Below are positions 27,734 to 36,856 of a stretch of 64,000 nucleotides of DNA, one piece after another. The DNA is taken from positions 193,544 through 257,543 of the forward strand of contig DAHWKL010000002.1 in the NCBI GenBank assembly GCA_027343665.1, given 5' to 3'. Under the pieces are notes generated by a model, which made no database searches, had not been told where the DNA came from, and saw nothing but the letters and a program-made list of their open reading frames with translations. The first letter of the stretch is position 1. Each line of letters begins with the position of its first letter. Source of the stretch: an archaeon (GTDB taxonomy: Archaea > Nanobdellota > Nanobdellia > Pacearchaeales > GW2011-AR1). The translations under genes were made by a program, and so were the position numbers.

Positions 27734-28147
27734 TCACTCGCCCAAAACTTTTATCAAAATGTTTTTACTCCTTTCACCGTCGAACTCTGCATAGAAGATT
27801 TCTTCCCATCTGCCTAGTTCAAGCTCAAAGTTCTGGACAGAAACAACTACTTCACGCCCCATAATGGTTCTCCATAAGTGGGAAAATCCGTTATCTTCAC
27901 CAGTCAAGTGATGATGATAATTAAAATCTCGTGGTGCAAGTTTCTCTAAGAACTCTTTAAAGTCATCTATTAACCCTTGTTCATTGTCATTTATATAAAC
28001 AGATGATGTTACATGCATTGGATTAACAAGAACTATTCCGTCTTGGACTCCGGATTCCTTCACGGCTTGCCTTACCAAATCAGTAATCCTCACAAAATCT
28101 AGTTTCTTCTTGGTTTTGATGGTTATTTTTTTTGAGTATACTACCAT
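27734..28147 (-). CDS. yjbQ: YjbQ/UPF0047 family protein
   Basis: HVTSSVYIND, YHH..GEDNG.SH, LGRWEEIFYAEFDG. Confidence 0.92.
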   Translation of the reverse strand: MVVYSKKITIKTKKKLDFVRITDLVRQAVKESGVQDGIVLVNPMHVTSSVYINDNEQGLIDDFKEFLEKLAPRDFNYHHHLTGEDNGFSHLWRTIMGREVVVSVQNFELELGRWEEIFYAEFDGERSKNILIKVLGE

Positions 28148-28306
28148 TTTTTGTTAAATGACCGGCACAGCCGTGATCCGTGCCGGTCTGCCATTTCTAC
28201 AAATCGAAATGACTATGAACCGGATAAACCTCCATGATTTCATCCGCACTTGTGAACTCAGTTTTTCTTCTGCAGTATATATTTTCTTCTGAAAAGAAAA
28301 TTCTGA

Positions 28307-28378
28307 AGCGGAGGGCGGGAGTCGAACCCGCACAAATTCGCTCTGCAGGCGAACGCAGTGCCGTTGTGCCACCTCCGC
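28307..28378 (-). tRNA. tRNA-Cys(GCA)
   Basis: GCGGAGG/CCTCCGC acceptor with U73; TTCGC-CTGCAGA-GCGAA anticodon arm. Confidence 0.93.
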
Positions 28379-28487
28379 ATGAAAAAATGATAAGTAAAAT
28401 CTATTTAAAGATTGTCCTAAGAAAAGTTAGCAACTCCGAATTTTCTCAAAGCACAAGCTTTAAAAAAGAGCCTCACAAATAAATAAC

Positions 28488-28856
28488 ATGGCAAAAAAAT
28501 CCAACAGTGGAATTGAAAAACCAAAAGAAAAAGCTGAAAAACCGAAAGAAAAGATATCCCAGCCAGAATACGAGAAAAAAGTCAAGGAACTTGGAAAATC
28601 GGGTTTAACCTCTGAAAAAATAGGCCAAAAACTCAAAGATGAAGGGATACATCCAAAGGAATATTCAGGGAAAATTTCAGAAATTTTGGGAGAAACACAC
28701 ACAAACCCTGACCTGAAAAATGTAGAGAAAAAACTGGAAAGAATTGAAAATCACTATAAAAAGAATCCGCAGGATAAGAGAGCCAAAAGAGAAAAAGACA
28801 GGGTCTTCTCTCAGGCCAGAAGAATAAAAAAATATCTAGGCATGGACTTGAAATAA
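28488..28856 (+). CDS. rps15: 30S ribosomal protein S15 (S13e-like), shortened
   Basis: TSEKIGQKLKD.G, PDL...ENHYKKNPQDKRAKR; upstream of RecJ-like gene as in many archaea. Confidence 0.8.
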   Translation: MAKKSNSGIEKPKEKAEKPKEKISQPEYEKKVKELGKSGLTSEKIGQKLKDEGIHPKEYSGKISEILGETHTNPDLKNVEKKLERIENHYKKNPQDKRAKREKDRVFSQARRIKKYLGMDLK

Positions 28857-28884
28857 CGCGGATCCTTCTTTTGAAAATTGAAAA

Positions 28885-30258
28885 ATGAGGAGTGAGAATC
28901 TTGATTTGCTTTTGAAAGAAACTGTTGAGTCTTTTCTCGAAAAAATAAAAGGGGAAAATATTGAGGTTATAAGCCATTTTGACAGCGATGGTATAACCTC
29001 TGCTGCAATAATGGCCCAATCGCTAAAAAGACTCGATCAGAAATTCTCACTCAAAATAATAAAAAGCCTGACGGGAGAATTTATACATTCACTTGAAAAA
29101 GACAGGATAATCGTTTTTTTGGATCTGGCTTCCGGAAGTTTAAAAAATATCAAGGAAGCTAGACTCAAGAAAGTCTTCATAATTGACCATCATGAAATCA
29201 AAGCAGAAGACATTCCGGAAAACGTAGAAATTGTAAATCCTGAACTTTGCGAAAAACAAAAGATTTCTTCAGCTGGGCTCACTTACCTTTTTTGCAAGAA
29301 AATTGATGAAAGAAATAAGGAATTTGCAAAACTGGCTGTCGTTGGTATGATAGGAGATATGCTTGACAAAGAGATAGGCGAGTTAAACTACGGAATACTT
29401 GAGGATGGAGAGATACAGAAAAAAAGAGGTCTTTTGATATACCCCTCCACCAGACCCATAAATAAAGTCCTTGAGTTTTCTTCAAGCCCCATAATACCGG
29501 GAGTCACGGGAGACTCAATCGGGGTGTCTGAATTGTTAAGAGAATCCGGATTAAAACCAGAAAATGGAAAATATAAAAATCTGGTGGATTTGACTGAAGA
29601 GGAAATGGAAAGACTTGTGACTTCTATAATTCTCAGAAATCCAAAAAAGAAACACAAAGATCTCATAGGAGATCTTTTTTTAATTAAGATTTTTGGAAAA
29701 TTAGAAGATGCAAGGGAAATTTCAGCAAAAATAAATGCTTGTTCAAGGAATGGTAGACCGGATGTATCTTTGGGTTTTTGTTTAGAAAATCTTGAGGCAA
29801 AAAAGAAAGCCGAATCTATTCACACAAAGTATAGACAGCAACTGATAGCGGGAATAAAGTATGCACAGACTGGAGATAAGATAAGCGGAAAAGGATATGT
29901 AATAATTAATGCAAAAGACAAAATAAAAGATACAATGATAGGAACAGTATCAAGTATAATTGCAAATTCCCCGGGTTATGAAGAGGGAACTGTTATAATA
30001 GGAATGAGCTATGATGGGGGTAGGAAAATAAAGGTCTCGGCAAGAAATGTCGGAAAAGAAGGCAGAAATCTTAAAGAACTTCTTTCAGAGGTTATGGAAT
30101 CATTCGAAGGAGAAGTGGGTGGACACCACTCAGCGGCAGGATGCATAATTGATATGGATGACGAAGAAGAGTTCATAGAAAATATAAAAAAACATCTTGA
30201 GATCGAAGTTGTGAGAGTTGGGAGGGAAACAATTCCTTCTCCAGATCCCGACATTTAA
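28885..30258 (+). CDS. archaeal RecJ/GAN-like DHH exonuclease
   Basis: HFDSDGITSA, DLASG, IDHH, VGMIGD, GGHHSAAG. Confidence 0.9.
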   Translation: MRSENLDLLLKETVESFLEKIKGENIEVISHFDSDGITSAAIMAQSLKRLDQKFSLKIIKSLTGEFIHSLEKDRIIVFLDLASGSLKNIKEARLKKVFIIDHHEIKAEDIPENVEIVNPELCEKQKISSAGLTYLFCKKIDERNKEFAKLAVVGMIGDMLDKEIGELNYGILEDGEIQKKRGLLIYPSTRPINKVLEFSSSPIIPGVTGDSIGVSELLRESGLKPENGKYKNLVDLTEEEMERLVTSIILRNPKKKHKDLIGDLFLIKIFGKLEDAREISAKINACSRNGRPDVSLGFCLENLEAKKKAESIHTKYRQQLIAGIKYAQTGDKISGKGYVIINAKDKIKDTMIGTVSSIIANSPGYEEGTVIIGMSYDGGRKIKVSARNVGKEGRNLKELLSEVMESFEGEVGGHHSAAGCIIDMDDEEEFIENIKKHLEIEVVRVGRETIPSPDPDI

Positions 30259-30263
30259 AAAGC

Positions 30264-30788
30264 TCAAGCGCACCCTGAAGCTATATCTGATGTACAGATT
30301 GGAAGATTATTTATTGTATCAACAGCACCACACTGAACATTAGATATCTTTGGAGCTATCTGAACCTCCGTCGGAGTTTCTAAAAAACCATTAAAGCAAT
30401 AAGTCCTTTCGGACTCATTTCCCGGAGCCGCAACCCCTGAATTCAGATTTTTTGAGTTATAATAAGAAACATTTGTAATATTCTTGGTTGTACTAAACAG
30501 ATAAAAAGATTTGGAAGACGTCGTGCTGGAAACTGAAACTAGGATAGAATCAAGAGGAAGATCGTTTCTCGAAATAGAGATTATCGTTTCATTTGTCCAT
30601 GGATAATAACAGGTATACTCAGAATTCAGGGTAAGTTTTCCTTCAAGATTGTTGCATGAACCTGCATTGTTGAGATTAGTTCGGGTAAAATTTATTACTG
30701 CGGCCCCGATCGCCGAAGCTGCGCCAACAGTCAGTAAAATCAAAAGAACTGTGCTCACCACCTGACTTAAACCATTTTTTTGGACCAT
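30264..30788 (-). CDS. archaeal type IV pilin
   Basis: Class III signal KNG|LSQVVSTVLLILL. Confidence 0.88.
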   Translation of the reverse strand: MVQKNGLSQVVSTVLLILLTVGAASAIGAAVINFTRTNLNNAGSCNNLEGKLTLNSEYTCYYPWTNETIISISRNDLPLDSILVSVSSTTSSKSFYLFSTTKNITNVSYYNSKNLNSGVAAPGNESERTYCFNGFLETPTEVQIAPKISNVQCGAVDTINNLPICTSDIASGCA

Positions 30789-30789
30789 C

Positions 30790-31257
30790 TTAACTCAAGG
30801 AAACTTCTTTACCTTGATTTTGACATGTATAAGTTTGGTCGCCGTTTGATTTAGTTTGCCCAATCAAAACAGGGATTATTGTAAGACTTGTAGAACTGCC
30901 CAAGTCCAAAGATCCGCTATAAGTCTTGCCGGAATTCAAACCGTATTTAGGCCAATTGGAATCATTTGAACCAACAACAATTGTATCCGAAGTTCCGGCT
31001 CCGGAAAGCTGAGCTTTGAATTGATATATTGCAACATTGCCAGTATTGGAAAGATAAATCTCTCCGGGGCTTCCTGAAGAATAAGTTGCATCAAATTGAA
31101 CATTATTACAGACCAGTTCGACATTTTGCCCGTTGAATTTGGTTATGGCTTCTTGGGTTATACCTTTGAGCCATAAAAAAACTATAAGTCCCAAAACAAT
31201 GACAATAGCAACTAAAAGAACAGTAGCAATTACAGGTGACAATCCCTCTTTTTTCAT
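30790..31257 (-). CDS. archaeal type IV pilin
   Basis: Class III signal KKEG|LSPVIATVLL. Confidence 0.9.
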   Translation of the reverse strand: MKKEGLSPVIATVLLVAIVIVLGLIVFLWLKGITQEAITKFNGQNVELVCNNVQFDATYSSGSPGEIYLSNTGNVAIYQFKAQLSGAGTSDTIVVGSNDSNWPKYGLNSGKTYSGSLDLGSSTSLTIIPVLIGQTKSNGDQTYTCQNQGKEVSLS

Positions 31258-31334
31258 TTCATTTAAAGGTAATCCGCATTTTTAAATTTAGCCCCGATAA
31301 AAATTCTAGTTCAAACTATAAGATGGCGATTCTT

Positions 31335-31856
31335 TCAACCACTAAGAACAAATGACTGGGATCCATCATTATATCTGATAAGATAGTATAGATTTTCACC
31401 GGGGTAAAAAGTGAAATTGTATGAGATATTATCCACTGTTAAAGTCACATTATTTGTTCCGGAAAAGAGATAGCCTTTCTGGAAAATGCCGATGTTTTCA
31501 ACAGGAGAATTCCCTGAACCAGTATTAACACTGAGGGTTGTACCCGAAACTAGATTTCCTGATAATATAACGGCTGATGAATTTCCATAAAGGAAGAAAG
31601 TATTTTTATCAAGTCCGGTCTCATTTATGTAATATTTGGAAAAATTCAGGAATATCTCAGTCTGATTATAAGATGAGATCTGGTTGCGGGAAAAATAATC
31701 CATCAAACTGGCGATTTCTGTATTAATACTCCCTTGTTCTTCTGAGAGTTTTGGAGCTGAAGTATAAGAAATATTATTTGACAAAGTGATAAAACTTATG
31801 AAAATCGTCGCAAGGATGATCACTGCAATAAAATAAAATTGGCCTTTTTTGCTCAT
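31335..31856 (-). CDS. pilin-like protein (class III signal peptide)
   Basis: KKG|QFYFIAVIIL. Confidence 0.75.
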   Translation of the reverse strand: MSKKGQFYFIAVIILATIFISFITLSNNISYTSAPKLSEEQGSINTEIASLMDYFSRNQISSYNQTEIFLNFSKYYINETGLDKNTFFLYGNSSAVILSGNLVSGTTLSVNTGSGNSPVENIGIFQKGYLFSGTNNVTLTVDNISYNFTFYPGENLYYLIRYNDGSQSFVLSG

Positions 31857-31901
31857 ATTAACTTAATGATAAAAAGGATTTGGACTTATATAATTATTGA
31901 A

Positions 31902-32166
31902 TTGCAGGCAAGACAAATTGCAAAGAAAATCTTAAGAAAAGCTCCCTTTGAAATCCCTCAGCTTTGCGACCCGCTAAGCACCCAAGCAAATGTTTAGGGC
32001 TGCTCCGATCAAGGCCTGACCCGATTCGCAAATGCAGGATCAAAGCGGACAAAGTGTCAATGGAAAGTCAAAGACCTTTCATAAGACCTCAAAACTTTTT
32101 GTCCGTCGTCTGCCATAAAGCCCGTTTGCATATGGGAAGGGGCTGGCTTCCCGACCAAGCCTGCAA
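31902..32166 (-). ncRNA. ffs: archaeal SRP (7S) RNA
   Basis: GC-rich intergenic segment; terminal helix TTGCAGGC/GCCTGCAA; helix-8 SRP54 motif GGGTCAGGCC...GGAGCAGCCC at 31997-32022. Confidence 0.85.
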
Positions 32167-32216
32167 AAATAAAGATTAAGGAGAGTATATAAAATTTTCT
32201 TTCATCAATCCAAAAA

Positions 32217-32999
32217 TTAATAAGTATTCCAATAAACAAGCTTCCCGTAACTGTCCCTTACAAATATTGAATCTCCAGTATCTGTCCAGATGTAAGGCTC
32301 ATTCCAATCTGAAGGGACAAGAAAGACTTCCTCCCCGGGCAAGAGGATTTTTTCAGAGAAAATATAATTCTTTCGTCCTTCATCTTTTACTGACCATCCA
32401 GTCACATTCAGATTGAAATAGCAAATATTTTTCAGAACAACAAGTTGTCCTTTTGTATCCCACTTTTCAACTTCTAAACATGTATTATTTGATTTCTCAC
32501 ATAAATTTATATTTTTTTCAAGGCAATCCCGCCATGCTGATGCGAACGGGTCGTAGAAAGAATCTTTTCCCACCGGGAAATAAGTGTTGGAATACCCTGA
32601 TTCAACTGACTCTAAGTTTATATTTTCATTACCCAAAAAGATATATGCAAGTTCACGTCCATAAAGATCAGTCCTCTCACTCCCAAAAACAAGTGTGACA
32701 TTCTTTCCCTCAATTTTATTTTTTAAGAAGTTCATAGCAATGTCATGCCCCTTTTCACCAACTTCAGGCGAGTTTATCCCAAGAAATCGCACAGATTTTC
32801 CGTTTATTATCGCGGTATCCCCATCAATAACACGACTTACAAATCCTTCGTTTGGATTTTGGAAAGAATCGCTCAAAAAAGAGTCTATGATCGGATAATC
32901 AACAGTTACAACCATCAAAAATAGAATAACAAATATGAGATATTCTCTTCGCATGATGGAATGTAGGAAAAAACTTTTATAATCTTTATTCTGATACAA
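32217..32999 (-). CDS. membrane-anchored thermonuclease (SNase) plus lamin-tail domain
   Basis: RVIDGDT, VRFLGINSPE, DLYGRELAY; LTD GWSVKD...IWTDTGD; true start probably MRREY. Confidence 0.88.
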   Translation of the reverse strand: MYQNKDYKSFFLHSIMRREYLIFVILFLMVVTVDYPIIDSFLSDSFQNPNEGFVSRVIDGDTAIINGKSVRFLGINSPEVGEKGHDIAMNFLKNKIEGKNVTLVFGSERTDLYGRELAYIFLGNENINLESVESGYSNTYFPVGKDSFYDPFASAWRDCLEKNINLCEKSNNTCLEVEKWDTKGQLVVLKNICYFNLNVTGWSVKDEGRKNYIFSEKILLPGEEVFLVPSDWNEPYIWTDTGDSIFVRDSYGKLVYWNTY

Positions 33000-33002
33000 T
33001 AC

Positions 33003-33305
33003 ATGAATGAAGATTCTTTCTATGAAAAATGCTATAAAATTCTAAGGAAAGTTCCTCCAGGTAAAGTTACGACTTACAAAGATATTGCAAAATGTCTGAA
33101 CTCAAAAGCTTATCGTGCTGTCGGGACTGCAATGAACAAAAATCCTTATGCGCCTTCTGTTCCCTGCCATAGGGTTATAAATTCCGATGGAAAAGTTGGA
33201 AATTTTGCAAGTGGACAGGGAAAGAAAATTATAATGCTTAAAAAAGAAGGAATAGAGATAAAGAACGGAAAAATCAACCTGAAAAAATTCGGATATAAAT
33301 TCTAA
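33003..33305 (+). CDS. ogt: O6-methylguanine-DNA methyltransferase (MGMT)
   Basis: PGKVTTY, RAVG, VPCHRV. Confidence 0.92.
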   Translation: MNEDSFYEKCYKILRKVPPGKVTTYKDIAKCLNSKAYRAVGTAMNKNPYAPSVPCHRVINSDGKVGNFASGQGKKIIMLKKEGIEIKNGKINLKKFGYKF

Positions 33306-33365
33306 AGAACCAAAGTTCCATAACCTTTTTAAGGAAAAAATGAATCTAAACCTTATTCTTTAAAA

Positions 33366-34211
33366 ATGGATGGAATATTATTTGAGGGGGAACTCTTTGG
33401 AAAAAAAGTAAGGATTGTTCTTTATAATTTAGATCATAAAAAAGCCAAAAGAATTTTCTTCAAAGCATATAAAGAAGGGTTAAGGCTTCAAAAGATTTTC
33501 AATTTTTTTGACAAAGAGAGTGAACTCTCAGATTTAAATTTAAGAAGAAAGAGAAAAGTCTCTAAAGAACTTCTTGAGGTGATAAGAAATTCAATCAGAT
33601 TTTCCGGTATGACTGAGGGGGCATATGATGTAACCCTCGGCAAAAAAATATTGAACAGAAAGATGGGAAAAGGAGAGATCCAGGTTTCATCTTCATACAA
33701 AGATGTTGATATAAAAGAAAATCTTATCCTGCTTAAAAATGATGAAGCGTTAGTTGATTTGGGAAGCATTGCAAAAGGATTTATTACAGACAAGATGGCA
33801 GAGATTTTGAAAAAAGAAGGAGTAAAAGATTTTATTATAGATTCGAGGGGAGATATCCTTTTTTCAGGAAATATTGAACACATAATAGGAATCGCTAACC
33901 CCAGAGACAAAGGGAAAGATATTAAAAAAATAAAGATGAAAAACAAAGCTGTGGCGACTTCGGGAGATTATAATCAATATTACGGAGACTACAAAAACTC
34001 ACATATAGTGAATTCAAAAAGCATAATCTCTGCCACCATAATAGCAGATACCCTCCAAGAAGCAGATGCATTCTCAACTGCACTTTTCGTTTCTGAAGAG
34101 GCAATAAGAAAAAAGTTAATTCATGAAAATCCACAGATAAAAGTTTTTTTAATTAAAGATGACCTCGAAGCAGAGACTTACAATGGATTTGAAGAGGTGA
34201 TTTATGAATAA
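33366..34211 (+). CDS. apbE: FAD:protein FMN transferase ApbE (no obvious signal peptide)
   Basis: SELS.LN, TEGAYDVT, DLGSIAKGF, GDI, ATSGDY, HI, ADAFSTA. Confidence 0.92.
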   Translation: MDGILFEGELFGKKVRIVLYNLDHKKAKRIFFKAYKEGLRLQKIFNFFDKESELSDLNLRRKRKVSKELLEVIRNSIRFSGMTEGAYDVTLGKKILNRKMGKGEIQVSSSYKDVDIKENLILLKNDEALVDLGSIAKGFITDKMAEILKKEGVKDFIIDSRGDILFSGNIEHIIGIANPRDKGKDIKKIKMKNKAVATSGDYNQYYGDYKNSHIVNSKSIISATIIADTLQEADAFSTALFVSEEAIRKKLIHENPQIKVFLIKDDLEAETYNGFEEVIYE

Positions 34212-35520
34212 AGAGGTCAGGAAAACCTTTGGTTGGTCCGCAATAATATTCATTTCATTGATCCCCGTGTTCCTTTTGTTTTTTGCGGGTCCTGAAACTA
34301 CAGATTTTGCAGGATATTCTGGAATAACCCAGGGACTCGGAGAGATTGCAGGACTCGTAGGAATAACCATGTTTGCTCTCACATTTGTCCTTTCGACCAG
34401 AATAAAATGGATCGAAGACATTTTTGGAGGACTTGACAAAGTGTATATTGTGCACGGAATTCTTGGCGGAACAGCCCTCATATTGATTCTTTCACATCCC
34501 ATATTCTTAGTATTAAAGTATGTCCCAATATATCTTCCGTTAGCTGCAACTTATCTTCTCCCGAGCTTATACTGGGCTGTCAACTTTGGTATAATTGCAG
34601 TTTTAGGATTAATAGCCCTTCTTTTTATAACTCTTTTCACAAAAGTGAAATATCATACATGGAAATTCACTCACGAATTTTTGGGATTGGTATTTATATT
34701 CGCCGCATTGCATGCCTTTCTCGTAAGAGGAAGTATTTCAAAAGATTACATTTTTCATGGATATTATTTGTATATTGCAGTTATTTCTGCAATCGGAATT
34801 CTTGCTTTTTCATACAGTCTTTTCTTGAAAAATCGGCTTATGAAAAATGCTGTGTACTCTATATTAAAGATTGAACATAAAAAAGACATGTGGACTATAG
34901 AAATGTCCCCGGAACATAAGCCAATTGATTATAAATCCGGACAGTTTATTTTCGTAAGATTTTACAATGAAAAACTTTCAAAGGAAGCTCATCCGTTTTC
35001 TATTGCCTCAAAATCCGGCTCAAAAAATATCAGAATAATTGTAAAGGCTCTGGGAGATTTCACAAAAGATTTAGAGGAGCTAAAAGTCGGAGATAAAGTT
35101 TCCGTAGAAGGACCATATGGAAGATTCAATTTCAAAAATCAAGAAAACAAAAACCAGGTGTGGATAGCTGCAGGTATAGGTATAACTCCCTTTTTGGGAA
35201 TGGTTGAGGAACTTGAAAGTTCACCTAATTTTAAGATAGAGTTGTATCATACTGCAAAAGATCAGTCTGAATTGATAGGATATGATTTTTTATCTTTATT
35301 ATCTTCAAAATTAAAGAGCTTCAGATACATCCCTTGGAACTCAAAAGAAAAAGGAAGAAGGATAGACACAAAGGACATTTCACAAGTAAGTGGAAATCTT
35401 AAAGAGAAGGATTTTTTTCTTTGCGGACCTGAAAATTTTAAAGAAGATATGATTGAACAACTGACAAATAGAGGAATAAAAAAATCCCATATACATGAGG
35501 AGGCATTCAATTTCAGATGA
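34204..35520 (+). CDS. ferric reductase-like TM domain plus FNR-type FAD/NAD(P)H domain (bacterial NOX-like)
   Basis: Four heme His in TM helices; HPFSIAS, GPYG, AAGIGITPF, FLCGP, EEAF. Confidence 0.92.
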   Translation: MNKEVRKTFGWSAIIFISLIPVFLLFFAGPETTDFAGYSGITQGLGEIAGLVGITMFALTFVLSTRIKWIEDIFGGLDKVYIVHGILGGTALILILSHPIFLVLKYVPIYLPLAATYLLPSLYWAVNFGIIAVLGLIALLFITLFTKVKYHTWKFTHEFLGLVFIFAALHAFLVRGSISKDYIFHGYYLYIAVISAIGILAFSYSLFLKNRLMKNAVYSILKIEHKKDMWTIEMSPEHKPIDYKSGQFIFVRFYNEKLSKEAHPFSIASKSGSKNIRIIVKALGDFTKDLEELKVGDKVSVEGPYGRFNFKNQENKNQVWIAAGIGITPFLGMVEELESSPNFKIELYHTAKDQSELIGYDFLSLLSSKLKSFRYIPWNSKEKGRRIDTKDISQVSGNLKEKDFFLCGPENFKEDMIEQLTNRGIKKSHIHEEAFNFR

Positions 35521-35777
35521 GATTCAAGAAGTTAAAAACCACTGTTGCAATAGCTCTCATTATATTCATCCTTGTTATTGGGAGTATTGTTATAATTGGG
35601 CTTGTTCAAGCTGCAAAAAATCAAAATCATACCCCACAACGATTAACTGTCACAAATGTGAATCAGGCAAATTCTCCACAGGTTAATAAAAACACAAATA
35701 ACGTCCAGACACAAGTACAAACTCAGCAACAATCCCAAATTATTTTTCATCCCATGATAAGGACAATGGCTTCCTAA
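35517..35777 (+). CDS. small signal-anchored protein with Q/N/T-rich tether ending RTMAS
   Basis: ATGA overlap with reductase gene; basic N-terminus, TM, low-complexity stalk. Confidence 0.8.
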   Translation: MRFKKLKTTVAIALIIFILVIGSIVIIGLVQAAKNQNHTPQRLTVTNVNQANSPQVNKNTNNVQTQVQTQQQSQIIFHPMIRTMAS

Positions 35778-35778
35778 T

Positions 35779-36570
35779 CTAAACTTTATGGAAAGTTTCC
35801 ACTGAACCGAAATATTCTTTCCAATCACCTATCGATTCAGGTTTTTTGGAAAAAAGATGTTGTACACAGGGGGAAGTTCTGCCATCTGGATAGACCCACG
35901 CAGCTTTTAGTGTTATGCATTTTCTGTTACAGTCTGAACATCCGATCCCCCTATTTTCTTGGTGTCCGGTATATCTTCCAGATATGCTTCCCTCAGGAAA
36001 TGCTTTTTCAGCATCATTAAGAAGATTTTGGTATTTGGAATAGTCTTTATCGAAAAAGTCCGGGAAGATTTTGACCTTCAGCCCTGCGGAAATATAAAAA
36101 TCAAGGAAGTCCATATCTACATAAGTATTATTCGATGAATAAACACTTTGAATATCTGCGCCCATCCTGACTGCCCTGTCTCTTAATCTCCTATCTTTAC
36201 TGTATGCACTTATATGCATACAATCGACAATATCAATAAGCTGATTCTCAAGTTTTTTCTGGAAATACCCATTAGAAATAAGGGTAGTTCTGCAATCATT
36301 TTCTTTGGCAAATTGAAGATACGGAACAATTCCCCTGTGAAGGGTGGGCTCTCCTCCGCTGAAGTAGACCTGCAGAGGATATTTTCCCGCAAAAAACTCT
36401 GAATATGCAGTTATTGCCTTGGAAACAGTTTCATCTTCTATAAAATGAAAATCTTTATGTACTTTTTCCTGAAAGTCATTCAAACAAAAAGAGCAGGCTA
36501 GATTGCATTTATCAGTGACAAGAATCCTTAGTTTCAATTCATCTCTGTGAATCTGCTTATCAAGCTCCAT
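35779..36570 (-). CDS. radical SAM protein (MoaA/twitch-like)
   Basis: CNLACSFC, SGGEPTL, C-terminal CSDC..KC...PDG..SPC; start moved to MELDKQ because the longer ORF runs into tRNA-Leu. Confidence 0.85.
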   Translation of the reverse strand: MELDKQIHRDELKLRILVTDKCNLACSFCLNDFQEKVHKDFHFIEDETVSKAITAYSEFFAGKYPLQVYFSGGEPTLHRGIVPYLQFAKENDCRTTLISNGYFQKKLENQLIDIVDCMHISAYSKDRRLRDRAVRMGADIQSVYSSNNTYVDMDFLDFYISAGLKVKIFPDFFDKDYSKYQNLLNDAEKAFPEGSISGRYTGHQENRGIGCSDCNRKCITLKAAWVYPDGRTSPCVQHLFSKKPESIGDWKEYFGSVETFHKV

Positions 36571-36637
36571 CTTAATTTGCAAATCCAGAATCCTGCGACT
36601 TATAAATATTCTTGTGATGAGATCCTCTTTATAAAAA

Positions 36638-36721
36638 TGTGAGGGACAGGATTCGAACCTGCGTAAGGCAAAAGCCACAGGATCTTAAGTCCTGCCCGTT
36701 TGACCACTCCGGCACCCCCAC
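36638..36721 (-). tRNA. tRNA-Leu(TAA)
   Basis: GTGGGGG/CCCTCAC acceptor, CAGGA-CTTAAGA-TCCTG anticodon arm, long variable arm. Confidence 0.95.
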
Positions 36722-36856
36722 ATTATTTAAGTGCGGATCGGCACAAGACCGTCCGGCATACCCTTATAGACAAAAAAGTTAACAAGAATGAACTTAAAAA
36801 TTTACCTATTGATGAATATGAAATGTCTTTCAGATAATAAAAAATTTTAAAATGGG

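Noticed and set aside
28150-28300. TPP riboswitch or hammerhead/HDV ribozyme
   Set aside because: Conserved cores (CUGAGA...ACCUG; CUGANGA...GAAA) are absent.
28154-28482. ORFs 28154-28372 and 28234-28482
   Set aside because: They overlap tRNA-Cys and structured sequence.
31964-32239. ORFs 31964-32179 (+) and 32057-32239 (-)
   Set aside because: They overlap the SRP RNA.
35517-36570. RiPP pair (radical SAM plus small peptide)
   Set aside because: The genes are convergent and the small protein is coupled to the ApbE-reductase operon.
36571-36678. N-terminal extension of the radical SAM ORF
   Set aside because: It runs through tRNA-Leu; ATG at 36570 is more plausible.
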